Of a DNA stretch of 64,000 nt, positions 18,290 to 27,689 are shown piece by piece (position 1 is the stretch's first letter; every line of letters starts with the position of its first letter). Position numbers and translations under genes: made by a program. The notes under the pieces were generated by a model. That model saw nothing but the letters and a program-made list of their open reading frames with translations. It was not told the DNA's origin and searched no databases. This DNA comes from Candidatus Bathyarchaeota archaeon (lineage in GTDB: Archaea; Thermoproteota; Bathyarchaeia; Bathyarchaeales; Bathycorpusculaceae): NCBI GenBank assembly GCA_963772455.1, contig CAVYXJ010000007.1, positions 128,001 to 192,000 of the forward strand, read 5' to 3'.

Positions 18290-19354
18290 ATGGTAAAAAT
18301 GGATTTCGGAGGCGTCAAAGAGGACGTCATTACTCGAGAAGAATTTACTTTGGCAAAAGCCCAAAAAATCCTAAAAAATGAAGTTGTAGTCTCACTAGGC
18401 TATGGCATTCAAGGTCAAGCGCAATCACTCAACATGCGCGACCAAGGAATAAAAGTAATCATCGGTCAAGAAAAAGAAGGCGTCTTTAAAAAAGAATGGG
18501 ATAAAGCAATTGCCGACGGCTGGGTTCCAGGGAAAAATCTGTTTCCAATGGAAGAAGCAGCTAAAAAAGGAACTATTAAATTGTTTTTACTAACCGATGC
18601 CGCTCAAAAGGCAGTATGGCCAAAAATCAAAACAACCCTCAAAGCAGGCGACGCATTATACTTTAGCCACGGCTTCAGCATTGTTTACAAGGAACAAACA
18701 GGTGTTATCCCACCAAAAGATGTAGACGTAATTCTTGTTGCGCCAAAAGGCTCTGGAACATCCGTGCGCAGAAACTTTGTTGACGGAAGCGGCATAAACT
18801 GTAGCTTCGCAGTGTTTCAAGACGCAACGGGAAAAGCCGAAGAACGCGCAAAAGCTCTGGGCATCGCAATCGGAGGAGGATACCTCTTTCCAACCACATT
18901 TGAAAAAGAAACTTATAGCGACCTAACAGGCGAACGCGGCACATTAATGGGCGCACTAGCAGGCATCCTGGAGGCCCAATACAAAACCCTACGTGAACAC
19001 GGACACAGCCCAAGTGAAGCATTCAACGAAAGCGTCGAGGAACTCACACAGAGCTTAATCCGTTTAGTCGACGAAAACGGCATGGACTGGATGTACTGTA
19101 ACTGCAGCGAAACTGCACGTATCGGGGCATTACGCTGGAGAAGTCGTTTCCGTGAAGCAACTCAACCTGTGTTTGATTCACTCTACGAACTCGTTGCAGC
19201 AGGAGAAGAAACACGCATCGTCCTCGAAAAAAGCAAGGCACCCGACTACCGCCAGAAACTCGCTGACGAACTCAAAGAAATGGGCAACAGTGAAATGTGG
19301 CGTGCAGGCGCAACAGTGCGTTCACTCCGCCCAGGCAAACAAAAGAAAGAGTAA
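18290..19354 (+). CDS. ilvC: Ketol-acid reductoisomerase (Bacteroidetes/fungal Ilv5-like type)
   Basis: GYGIQGQAQ, FSHGF, VAPKGSG, SDLTGERGTLMG, CSETA. Confidence 0.96.
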   Translation: MVKMDFGGVKEDVITREEFTLAKAQKILKNEVVVSLGYGIQGQAQSLNMRDQGIKVIIGQEKEGVFKKEWDKAIADGWVPGKNLFPMEEAAKKGTIKLFLLTDAAQKAVWPKIKTTLKAGDALYFSHGFSIVYKEQTGVIPPKDVDVILVAPKGSGTSVRRNFVDGSGINCSFAVFQDATGKAEERAKALGIAIGGGYLFPTTFEKETYSDLTGERGTLMGALAGILEAQYKTLREHGHSPSEAFNESVEELTQSLIRLVDENGMDWMYCNCSETARIGALRWRSRFREATQPVFDSLYELVAAGEETRIVLEKSKAPDYRQKLADELKEMGNSEMWRAGATVRSLRPGKQKKE

Positions 19355-19395
19355 ACCTCTTTTTCTTCTTTTAATGTTCTACTTCTTTTATTAGA

Positions 19396-20136
19396 TTAAA
19401 AATAATTCGGGCCTTTATTGTTCTGTCCCATGAAGTCAGTTAAAGCACGACTTTCAGAGATCAAATCAACGACACCTAACATGTAAGAGGGATGTTTTTC
19501 TAACTCTACTTCTTTGGTGTAGGGGGTTGAAGTGAATCTTAGCACTGTATTTGCTTTTACCGTGGTTATTTCCTGAAGGGCAATATTTCTTCGGCTATTT
19601 TCGTGAGAGAGGTAAGTTGCGATTATTATGATGTGATGTCTTTTTGCAAAGTTTGAAAGGTAACTCATGATTTGGCTGTAGACGGTTTTTGCTTCTTGAT
19701 CATTTACATTGTCATACAAGAATGGGCATGCTATGTCGGATATTACTACGAGTTTTGCATTTTGATTTTCTACTGCGTCGTGTAGTTTTTCCATTATAAG
19801 GGAAGTTAGCCTGTAGGCTGTGAACACTCGCATGTTGAGGACGCGTTCAAGTGGATCTTTGGCGTCCAATTGCTGAAGCTGGATGTCTGATAATGAAGAG
19901 CTGTTTGCGCAGTCGATGAAAACAACGTTACCATCCAATCCACCAAGTTTAGCCGGCAATTGAGCTCGAACGCTAAGCAATGAAGCTAATGAATTAACTG
20001 ATTGAGGACCATAAATGACAGCGAAGTCTCCTGCTTTAAATCCTGGAAAAAGTCCATCAATGTCTTGAATATTGAAAGTAAGCCGTGTCAAGATGGCTTG
20101 TGCCATTGATGGTTTAATTAATAGGCTCTGTTGCAT
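19396..20136 (-). CDS. Degenerate RadB/RecA-fold protein lacking the Walker A lysine
   Basis: IQDIDGLFPGFKAG, AQLP..LGGL.G.VVFIDC, RVFTAY, LVVISD; GPQSVNS in place of GxxxxGKT. Confidence 0.8.
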   Translation of the reverse strand: MQQSLLIKPSMAQAILTRLTFNIQDIDGLFPGFKAGDFAVIYGPQSVNSLASLLSVRAQLPAKLGGLDGNVVFIDCANSSSLSDIQLQQLDAKDPLERVLNMRVFTAYRLTSLIMEKLHDAVENQNAKLVVISDIACPFLYDNVNDQEAKTVYSQIMSYLSNFAKRHHIIIIATYLSHENSRRNIALQEITTVKANTVLRFTSTPYTKEVELEKHPSYMLGVVDLISESRALTDFMGQNNKGPNYF

Positions 20137-20374
20137 GACTTTTTCACGAAAATCCTTTACGCCTGATTAGCCTATTTAAACTATCAGCTAAGCAACCTTC
20201 TACGGTGGTAGAGGGTAGAGTGAAAGTGAAATCTTAAAGACAGACAATTACACCTCAAAGCCATCAATGATTGCGAATTTTTACCTTTACAATTTCCCTT
20301 AGTTTTTGTTAAATTTGTAAGCTAATTTTTTTATACCCAAATAACGGTTGCCAATGAAAACCTGAGGCACCTTA

Positions 20375-21721
20375 TTGAACTTCATTGCGATAGCTGCATT
20401 GATAGTCTTTGTCGCAACGCTTTTCTTAATGCTTAAGCGTCCACGGGGTTTGCGACTGGGGTATGCGGCTGGAATGGGCGCTTTAGCGTCGCTTTTATTG
20501 GGGACTGTGAGTTTGGGACAGGCATTCCATTCATTTTTAGATATTTGGGATGCTGCTTTGGCTTTTTTGGGCATCATAGCGCTATCAGTAACATTAGATG
20601 CAATGGGTTTTTTTAGATGGGCTGCACTGAGAGTGGTAAAAATGGCTCGCGGGAGTGGGCTACGACTCTACTTCTACATTGCCTTATTAACCGCTGCAGT
20701 AAGCATCCTTTTTGCTAATGACAGCGCGGTTTTAATTCTAACACCAATAGTACTCGAAATTGTAACTTGTCTTGGAATAAACAAAAAGGGCAAACTCGCA
20801 TATCTTTTCACAGCCGGATTAATCGCCGATACTGCTGCCATGCCGCTGATTACAAGCAACCCAATCAACATCCTAAGCGCCGATTACTTCAAGTACAGCT
20901 TCATCGACCACCTGATTTTCATGGGACCAGTTGCTGTTGCGACCCTTCTAAGCAGTCTACTGTTGATTTACCTGTTCTTCAGAAAACAAATCCCTAAAAC
21001 CTACGACATACAAGCCGCAGATTCATTAACCAAAGAAAAACCTGCGATTTCACCCAGCCTTCTGAAAATAACGTTGTTTGCTCTTGTAGCGATTGACACT
21101 GGCTATGTATTGACTTCTCTTGGTAGATTCCCAGTTTCATTGGTTATTTGCGGCGGCGCAGTTTTTCTGGTGATTGTTTACTGGTTTACTCTCAACGGAA
21201 ATGGCTCAGTTAATGGCGAGAAGAAAGGGCTCATCGGCTTGGCAAGGGACATCAATTGGGATATTGTGCTGTTTATGTTAAGCATTTTTATTGTTGTTCA
21301 AGGCTTGGAAACGGCGGGAGTAACGAACCTTCTGGCATCAGCACTTGTAACAACAAGCAAGCTTCCATCCGCTCTGGGAGTTTTCGCGCCAAGCATGGTT
21401 GTAACAGTGGGGGCAAGCTTCATGAACAATTGGCCTATGACGATTCTGGGTTTGCTAAGCATTCAACAAGCAGCTGTGACTGGTCCAGCCTTAACCAACT
21501 TGGTTTTCAGCAACATCATCGGAAACAATTTGGGTCCGCACTTCTTCCCATTGGGGTCATTGGCTATTTTAATGTGGCTGGAAATTATGCGGCGCAAAGG
21601 TGTCAACATAAGCTTAAAAGAATATCTTAAAGTTGGGGCTACTCTGTCGATTGCGCAGGTAGCAATTGCATCAGTGGTTTTGTGGGTTGAGCTTAGTGTG
21701 CTTGGATTCAAGCTTTTTTAA
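20375..21721 (+). CDS. arsB: ArsB/NhaD-family anion efflux membrane protein
   Basis: FANDSAVLILTPIV, ADTAAMPLITSNPIN, NNWP, GPHFFPLGSLAILMW; about 12 TM segments. Confidence 0.85.
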   Translation: MNFIAIAALIVFVATLFLMLKRPRGLRLGYAAGMGALASLLLGTVSLGQAFHSFLDIWDAALAFLGIIALSVTLDAMGFFRWAALRVVKMARGSGLRLYFYIALLTAAVSILFANDSAVLILTPIVLEIVTCLGINKKGKLAYLFTAGLIADTAAMPLITSNPINILSADYFKYSFIDHLIFMGPVAVATLLSSLLLIYLFFRKQIPKTYDIQAADSLTKEKPAISPSLLKITLFALVAIDTGYVLTSLGRFPVSLVICGGAVFLVIVYWFTLNGNGSVNGEKKGLIGLARDINWDIVLFMLSIFIVVQGLETAGVTNLLASALVTTSKLPSALGVFAPSMVVTVGASFMNNWPMTILGLLSIQQAAVTGPALTNLVFSNIIGNNLGPHFFPLGSLAILMWLEIMRRKGVNISLKEYLKVGATLSIAQVAIASVVLWVELSVLGFKLF

Positions 21722-21759
21722 GGGTAAACGAATAACAAGTTAGCAAATAAACCTCGAAA

Positions 21760-22980
21760 GTGACCTGTATGATAGTCAGTAAAGGAAATTTAACTCAAAA
21801 TTCATTGAAAGGAGAAGTTGCCCTTGTAACTGGTGCTGGACGAGGAATAGGCTTCGAAGCGGCAAGAGCTCTCGTTTGGCTTGGCGCAAACGTGGTAATC
21901 GCAGAAATCGATGAGAAAAACGGCAAAATCGCCGAAGATACCATCAACAAAGAATTCGGCGCTGAAAAAGCTTTTTTCGTCAAAACAGATATTGGCAACG
22001 AAAAAGACATCGACAAACTGTTTGATACCGTCCAGAAAAAATTTGGCAAAGTTGACGCAGTTCTAAATAACGCTACAGTGTTTCCGATGGGCACCGTTAA
22101 AGATACTCCTATTGAATCATGGGATTTTAGCTACCGCGTGAACCTGAGGGGACCTGTTGTTTTGGCAAGAAAATTTCTTCCAGCAATGATTGAACGCAAA
22201 CACGGCGTATTCGTCTGTGTTTCATCATCGGGTGCTGCACCTTTCATGGGAGCCTACGAGGTTTTCAAGACAGCACAAGTTGAACTATCAAACACCATCT
22301 CTGCCGAAGTTGAAGGCACAGGAGTTTATGCTTTCACTATTGGTCCAGGAATCTCCAAAACACCGGGGTTCATTGAAGGTGGGGGAAAAGTAGCGTCGCT
22401 CATGGGAATGAGTTTGACAGATTTATTTGAATTAAACAAAAACGCCCAAATATCACCTGAAGCAGCGGGTGCAGGTTTTGCCATAGCGGTCGCCCTTGCT
22501 AAAAAATATCATGGACAAGAGACAAGCTCAATTCAGGTGCTTCGGGAAGCTGGAATACCCTTAACAGATCAAGAAGAAAACCAATTGGAAGAACAAAAAC
22601 CAAATCAAAAGAGTGAAACTCAAGCAACCGAACCAAGCGAAAACAAAAGCACACTAGAACTCCACCAAGCTGTACTGAAAACTTTTCTTGAGCAATCGGA
22701 AGGCTGGAAAAAACGCAACCTCTTTGAACGCCAATGGGTAAGCAGAGATTTCAAGAAAACCACAGGCATGTCAATCGATGAAATGCAAACAAACCTCAAG
22801 ACTTTAGGGACAACAGCAGAGTTCATCGGATCGTTAAATCAGTTAGCCACTTACTATGTGCATCAGCAGGAACAACTCAGAGGCTTTGAGAAGAACCCGC
22901 AGAAGCTCGAAGAGAACTTGAAAATCATTGACGGATGGGTAAAAGACACTAAAACCTTGATAGTAGCGCTAAAAAGGTAG
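21760..22980 (+). CDS. SDR-family oxidoreductase with a ~150-aa helical C-terminal extension
   Basis: TGAGRGIG, LNNA, YEVFK (YxxxK). Confidence 0.88.
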   Translation: MTCMIVSKGNLTQNSLKGEVALVTGAGRGIGFEAARALVWLGANVVIAEIDEKNGKIAEDTINKEFGAEKAFFVKTDIGNEKDIDKLFDTVQKKFGKVDAVLNNATVFPMGTVKDTPIESWDFSYRVNLRGPVVLARKFLPAMIERKHGVFVCVSSSGAAPFMGAYEVFKTAQVELSNTISAEVEGTGVYAFTIGPGISKTPGFIEGGGKVASLMGMSLTDLFELNKNAQISPEAAGAGFAIAVALAKKYHGQETSSIQVLREAGIPLTDQEENQLEEQKPNQKSETQATEPSENKSTLELHQAVLKTFLEQSEGWKKRNLFERQWVSRDFKKTTGMSIDEMQTNLKTLGTTAEFIGSLNQLATYYVHQQEQLRGFEKNPQKLEENLKIIDGWVKDTKTLIVALKR

Positions 22981-22987
22981 GGGTTAC

Positions 22988-24022
22988 TTACCTAATTTTT
23001 TTTATGATTTCACGGTAAACTGCCAAAGCGGTTTTTTCATCCGCAACCCCTTTTATGAGCATGCGTCCACCGTTGAAGAGGCTGACCTCGTGTGTTTTGT
23101 AATCAAACATTAAGGCTAACTTTGATTTCAAGCGAACGTTGAAATTCTTGCTGACCTGCAGGTAAACTTCGTCAAGGTTTAGTTTTAATGGTTTTTCAGG
23201 GTTGATGTTCGCAGTTTCTTTACCGCAGAGCCAAACCAATCGTTCGCCACCCACAATTGACGATACATTGCCGTGGCAAACAGGGCAATGAGTGTTTTTT
23301 GAAATATCTATGGTTGTGAAGTCCATGTCGCTGAAGTCACAAACCATCAGCTTATTCTTCAACGTTGAACCCACGCCTGTTAAGAGTTTTAATGTTTCCA
23401 AAGCTTGGAGGGCTCCGATTATTCCTGTAGTTGCTCCGAGGACACCACGGCTATTGCATGTTAATAAATCTGAATCAGAAAGGTTTGGCATCAAACACTC
23501 CAAGCAACCAGTTTCAGGCGGCGCAAAGACAGATAGATTGCCTTCAATTCCTATAGCTGCACCAAAAACGTATGGAGTGCCCAGTTTTACACAGGCGCGA
23601 TTAACGAGATAACGCGTAACCATATTATCCAATCCGTCAACCACAACGTCCACTCCTTTGAGGAGTCGTTCAACGTTGCTTGCGTTTACGTTTTCAGATA
23701 TAGCTTCAACTTTTACGAGTGGATTTTGTTTTTCCAGTTTTTTTGCGGCAACCTCGGTTTTTGGATAATGCAGGTCATCTGGGTTATAGAGGATTTGGCG
23801 GTGAAGGTTGTGGGTTTCGATTGTGTCTTGGTCAATTAAACGAATGTAACCGACACCTGCCAACGCGAGGTAGAGCGATGACACCGTACCTAGTCCACCT
23901 GCGCCGACAATTGCAACCTTAGACTTACCAAGCTTTTTCTGTCCTTCCTCTCCCAGTTCCTTCAGAATGATCTGTCGACTGTAAAACTCCTTAGCAAACA
24001 CCTGTTTTTCTACATTATTCAC
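22988..24022 (-). CDS. ThiF/MoeB/UbaA E1-like adenylyltransferase with an extra C-terminal domain
   Basis: YSRQ, GAGGLG, NLHRQ, CLEC, CPVC; start placed at GTG 24022 to avoid overlapping lig. Confidence 0.9.
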   Translation of the reverse strand: MNNVEKQVFAKEFYSRQIILKELGEEGQKKLGKSKVAIVGAGGLGTVSSLYLALAGVGYIRLIDQDTIETHNLHRQILYNPDDLHYPKTEVAAKKLEKQNPLVKVEAISENVNASNVERLLKGVDVVVDGLDNMVTRYLVNRACVKLGTPYVFGAAIGIEGNLSVFAPPETGCLECLMPNLSDSDLLTCNSRGVLGATTGIIGALQALETLKLLTGVGSTLKNKLMVCDFSDMDFTTIDISKNTHCPVCHGNVSSIVGGERLVWLCGKETANINPEKPLKLNLDEVYLQVSKNFNVRLKSKLALMFDYKTHEVSLFNGGRMLIKGVADEKTALAVYREIIKKIR

Positions 24023-24038
24023 ATTAACCGCTTCCTGC

Positions 24039-25733
24039 TTAGTCACTGCTATATTTGCCTTTATTGCGGAACTGCCTATCATATATTTCCCTAACTCGCT
24101 GAATTGTATCGACTTCCAGAGGCGTTTTATCGTCTCTAATGCGGGTGATTCTTGCAAATCGCAGCGCCATTTGGCTTTTGTAACGAGGACTCTGCTGGAT
24201 TTCATTGTAAGCTACTTCAACAACGATTTTTGGGATAACTATCACGAGGTGTCCATCCTCGCTTATGGTTGACTCTTTGAGCCGCTTAGTTAAATCGATA
24301 ATTTCCGCATCTGTTAAGCCCTTAAACGTCTTGCCTAATTCCAAAAACTCGCCAGACTCAGGGTCTCTTACCGCAAGATAATAGTCCGAGAGCCACCCCT
24401 TCCTGCGTCCGTAACCGTACTCGGCAGCTGTGATGACAAGGTCTAAGGGGTCAAGGTTTGTTTTTATTTTGAGCCAACGTTTTCCCCTCCGACCTGGAGT
24501 ATAATGGCTATCAAGTTTTTTAGCCATTAAACCTTCGTGTCCAGCCGCGAGTGATTCTTTTAGGAAGATTTCGGCTTGCGGAAGCTGGTCGGTGACGATT
24601 TGGTTAGCTAAGGGAATTTCTCCAACGTTTTTTGCCAAGATTTTCCTCCGCTCAGTATAGGGTTTAGCTATAAGGCTTTCGCCGTTGAGGTAGAGAATGT
24701 CAAAGAGGTAGAGGGTTAGGGGAATTTTTTTAGCCATATCTGCGATTCCGCGGACTCGTTTGAATCGCCGCATCAAATGTTGAAATGCAATTGGAAAACC
24801 AACTCTATCCAGCGAGATTACTTCGCCTTCCACAATGGCAGATTGCGCCTGAATATTTTGTTCTACGATTTTAACTATTTCAGGCAGGCTTTCTGTGACA
24901 TCGCTTAATCTTCTACTAAAAACTTGCACTTTGCCATTTTGCATGTGGATTTGCACTCTTGCGCCATCGTATTTGTATTCAAAAGCAGACTTTCCACAAT
25001 GAGCAGCCAACGTTTCTTGAACCGATTGAGCAGTTTGGGCAAGCATAAGCTTCACTGGTCTAAAAACATTAAAGCCTAACTTCTCTAAGCCCTCCACGCC
25101 CATGATTTTGATTTTCGCCGCAACTTCGCCAATATCACCCAAAACCATGCTAGCGTGTTGCACCTTTTGAAGTGGAACATCAAAAGCACACGCAACCACC
25201 TGCTCCATTAAGCCCTCATGAAGTCCAGTGCGCATCTCGCCTGTAAAGATTTTGACCAAATACTTAGCTTCAACTGGGGAGGCTTGGCTCATTAGGGCGG
25301 TAAGTAAGCGCTCTTTTTTTGTCCTTGAACCTGAACCTTGCGCTTGCGCCATGGCTTCAAGCGTTGTTCGAACTTCAATAATAGTTAATGATTTTTGGGT
25401 TAGCTGGGTTTGCTTTTTGGCTATGGTTTGTTCAAGGACTAACTTGGTGGCTGAACCGATGTCGCCTGTGCTTGCCATAGCCGATCGAAAGAGATCCCAA
25501 TCAAAGGCGCTTATTCGCTCGAAGATATGGGTTAAGGTGGACCAACTGATGTCGAGTGTTTTCTGGTTGTACTTTGGGAACGCTCTCCCTACCATCATGT
25601 TCGTACCCGACTCAATTTCTTCTGCGTTCAGCGTTTTTAAGAAATTTGCAGCTTGCTCTATGATTTCAAGCCGTTTTTTGGTGGCTTCAACTTTTTCAAG
25701 TATTTCAGCGAGAGATTTGAATAGTGCAGACAT
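24039..25733 (-). CDS. lig: ATP-dependent DNA ligase
   Basis: EYKYDGARVQIH, EGE, EGLMAK, WLKIK, ALRFARITRIRDDK. Confidence 0.97.
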   Translation of the reverse strand: MSALFKSLAEILEKVEATKKRLEIIEQAANFLKTLNAEEIESGTNMMVGRAFPKYNQKTLDISWSTLTHIFERISAFDWDLFRSAMASTGDIGSATKLVLEQTIAKKQTQLTQKSLTIIEVRTTLEAMAQAQGSGSRTKKERLLTALMSQASPVEAKYLVKIFTGEMRTGLHEGLMEQVVACAFDVPLQKVQHASMVLGDIGEVAAKIKIMGVEGLEKLGFNVFRPVKLMLAQTAQSVQETLAAHCGKSAFEYKYDGARVQIHMQNGKVQVFSRRLSDVTESLPEIVKIVEQNIQAQSAIVEGEVISLDRVGFPIAFQHLMRRFKRVRGIADMAKKIPLTLYLFDILYLNGESLIAKPYTERRKILAKNVGEIPLANQIVTDQLPQAEIFLKESLAAGHEGLMAKKLDSHYTPGRRGKRWLKIKTNLDPLDLVITAAEYGYGRRKGWLSDYYLAVRDPESGEFLELGKTFKGLTDAEIIDLTKRLKESTISEDGHLVIVIPKIVVEVAYNEIQQSPRYKSQMALRFARITRIRDDKTPLEVDTIQRVREIYDRQFRNKGKYSSD

Positions 25734-26275
25734 AATCTAACCGAAAAATCGTTTGCTATAATTATCGTATTGGCTACTTATTTAGTTGCACTTAAAGCAT
25801 ATTTTCAACCTATGAGGTTTGAATAATTTTAATTCTAAACATTTTTCTTCGGCAACTTTGCTTCAAGACTTTCTTTGTTAGAGGCAACTAAATCAACGCC
25901 TGAAAAAGACTATTAAAGACTTAAAAAGACTAAAAAAACCCCAACCTAAAGACGCCACAAACCCCAAATTCTAAAAGCACCCAACACAAGCCCAGACATA
26001 AATCTGGCGCAGCAAACATTTCTTATTCTATCAGCCAGAAACAAGCAATTCAAATATTTTCTCTTTCCCTAAGCTTAAGGTTGTTTTCTTGAATGAACTC
26101 AATGAATTAACTCTATTGTAAAATGAAATAAACCTCAGCACTTAAACAAAATAACCATTTTGAAAAAGTTAAAAAATAATTGTCTACACTCATCGAACTC
26201 TAACAGAATAGAAAATTAAAACAATAGAGGGGATAGAACCTTATTGGCAAGTTCTATGTTTTGACTGGTGAAGAT

Positions 26276-26689
26276 TTAGGAAAACACAGAGAAGGATGAT
26301 TCGCCTTCGGGCTCGTTGTGTTTATCGTTAAGTTCCTTAATTTTCTTCTCCAGTTCCTCAACTTCTTTGGTGTTGCCCAATGCCTTATGGCTATCCCGTG
26401 CTTGCTCAAGTCCACTAACGCCATATCGGTCAAATCCTTTACTCAAGGCCACCTCTGCAGATTTTGTGAAGTACTCAGCAGCTTTCTGATACTCTTTTAA
26501 CTTAACGCTGCATTCGCCAGCTTTATAATTCATTTCTGCTGCCCCAAAATAGTTTTGTCCCTTGAAATAGAGTTCAGCTACTTTGACAAAAAGGTCTCTT
26601 GCCTCAACGCATTTACCGTTTTCCATTAACGCGTTAGCATCTTTATGCATTTTAATTGGGTCTTCTCTAACATTACTCATTTTATGCAA
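26276..26689 (-). CDS. Small TPR / SNAP-like alpha-helical repeat protein
   Basis: Repeats EARDLFVKVAELY, GAAEMNYKAGEC, KAAEYFTKSAEV. Confidence 0.75.
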   Translation of the reverse strand: MHKMSNVREDPIKMHKDANALMENGKCVEARDLFVKVAELYFKGQNYFGAAEMNYKAGECSVKLKEYQKAAEYFTKSAEVALSKGFDRYGVSGLEQARDSHKALGNTKEVEELEKKIKELNDKHNEPEGESSFSVFS

Positions 26690-27110
26690 CTCTTGTTATG
26701 TTTGTATTATTCTGGGAAGAAGTCACATTTAGATTTTCCTCTTCTAACCCACACCATTATCATTTGCTCGGGATTACGTACTCCTTAACTTATCTTTAAA
26801 TCAAATTTCTAATTGATACTAAATAAAACAATTGCAGAAATCATATGGCAATCCTCGCATTTTACATTTATCTTGAAATGTTTAATCAACATAAATTGAT
26901 AAATAAGTAAAGTTCCAAAGCGCTAAATGTATTCTTACTTTCCACATTTCGCAATGTCCCTGTAAAAACCACAACCACACAAATCTCTCCAAAACGCTAC
27001 AGCAAGATCTTTTTAAAAAACGAATTCTTTATTGAATAAATTTAGCAAAGATACTTTTATAGATCCTTAAAAGTAATATCTCTAAAACTATAACGCTGTG
27101 AAGTCTAACA

Positions 27111-27671
27111 ATGGAAAACCATAGCCCAAGAATAAAGCAGGAGGGTTATAACCATTCTGCAGTTTTTAAGATTATAGCGATAGCAATTTTCGCGGCACTT
27201 GTGTTTGTAGTCACTTCTCAAATTCCACCTATACCCATACCTGCCACTTCAGGTTACTTCAACATTGGAGAAACCACGATCTATATAGCCGCCTTAATTT
27301 TCGGACCATTAGTCGGTGCATTTGCAGGAGGAATAGGCTCGGCATTATCTGATGCTTTCTTAGGTTTTGGACTGTTTGCTCCAGGAACATTTTTTATCAA
27401 AGGTGGAGAAGGCTTAATCGTCGGTTTCCTAAATGCAACACTTAGAAGACGAATCTCAAACCTTACAGTTTGCGCCACAATCTCAGTATTAATTGGAGGA
27501 CTAGAAATGGTTGCAGGATACTTCCTTTATGAACAATTCATCATAGGCTATCCTTTTGCAGTTGCCTTAGCAGAAGTACCCTTCAATATTGTCCAAATGT
27601 TCATTGGCTTAATAGTCGCCATACCAGTTATGCACGCTGTTTTCCGTGTTATACCACAACTTAAAAGCTAG
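27111..27671 (+). CDS. ECF transporter S component (HmpT/PdxU-like)
   Basis: IPIPATSGYFNIGE, GGIGSALSD, APGTFFIKG, NIVQ. Confidence 0.88.
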   Translation: MENHSPRIKQEGYNHSAVFKIIAIAIFAALVFVVTSQIPPIPIPATSGYFNIGETTIYIAALIFGPLVGAFAGGIGSALSDAFLGFGLFAPGTFFIKGGEGLIVGFLNATLRRRISNLTVCATISVLIGGLEMVAGYFLYEQFIIGYPFAVALAEVPFNIVQMFIGLIVAIPVMHAVFRVIPQLKS

Positions 27672-27689
27672 ATTCAATAAGGTTTAGCT

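Noticed and set aside
24023-24205. N-terminal 61 aa of the ThiF/MoeB ORF as called
   Set aside because: Overlaps the 3' end of lig; family similarity starts near YSRQ, so the start was moved to 24022
25900-25975. Repeated AAAGAC(T) units as a possible CRISPR or tandem array
   Set aside because: Units are only 6-7 bp and irregular, with no spacers and no cas genes
26690-27110. TPP or other riboswitch upstream of the ECF S component
   Set aside because: No recognisable aptamer consensus; the region is AT-rich
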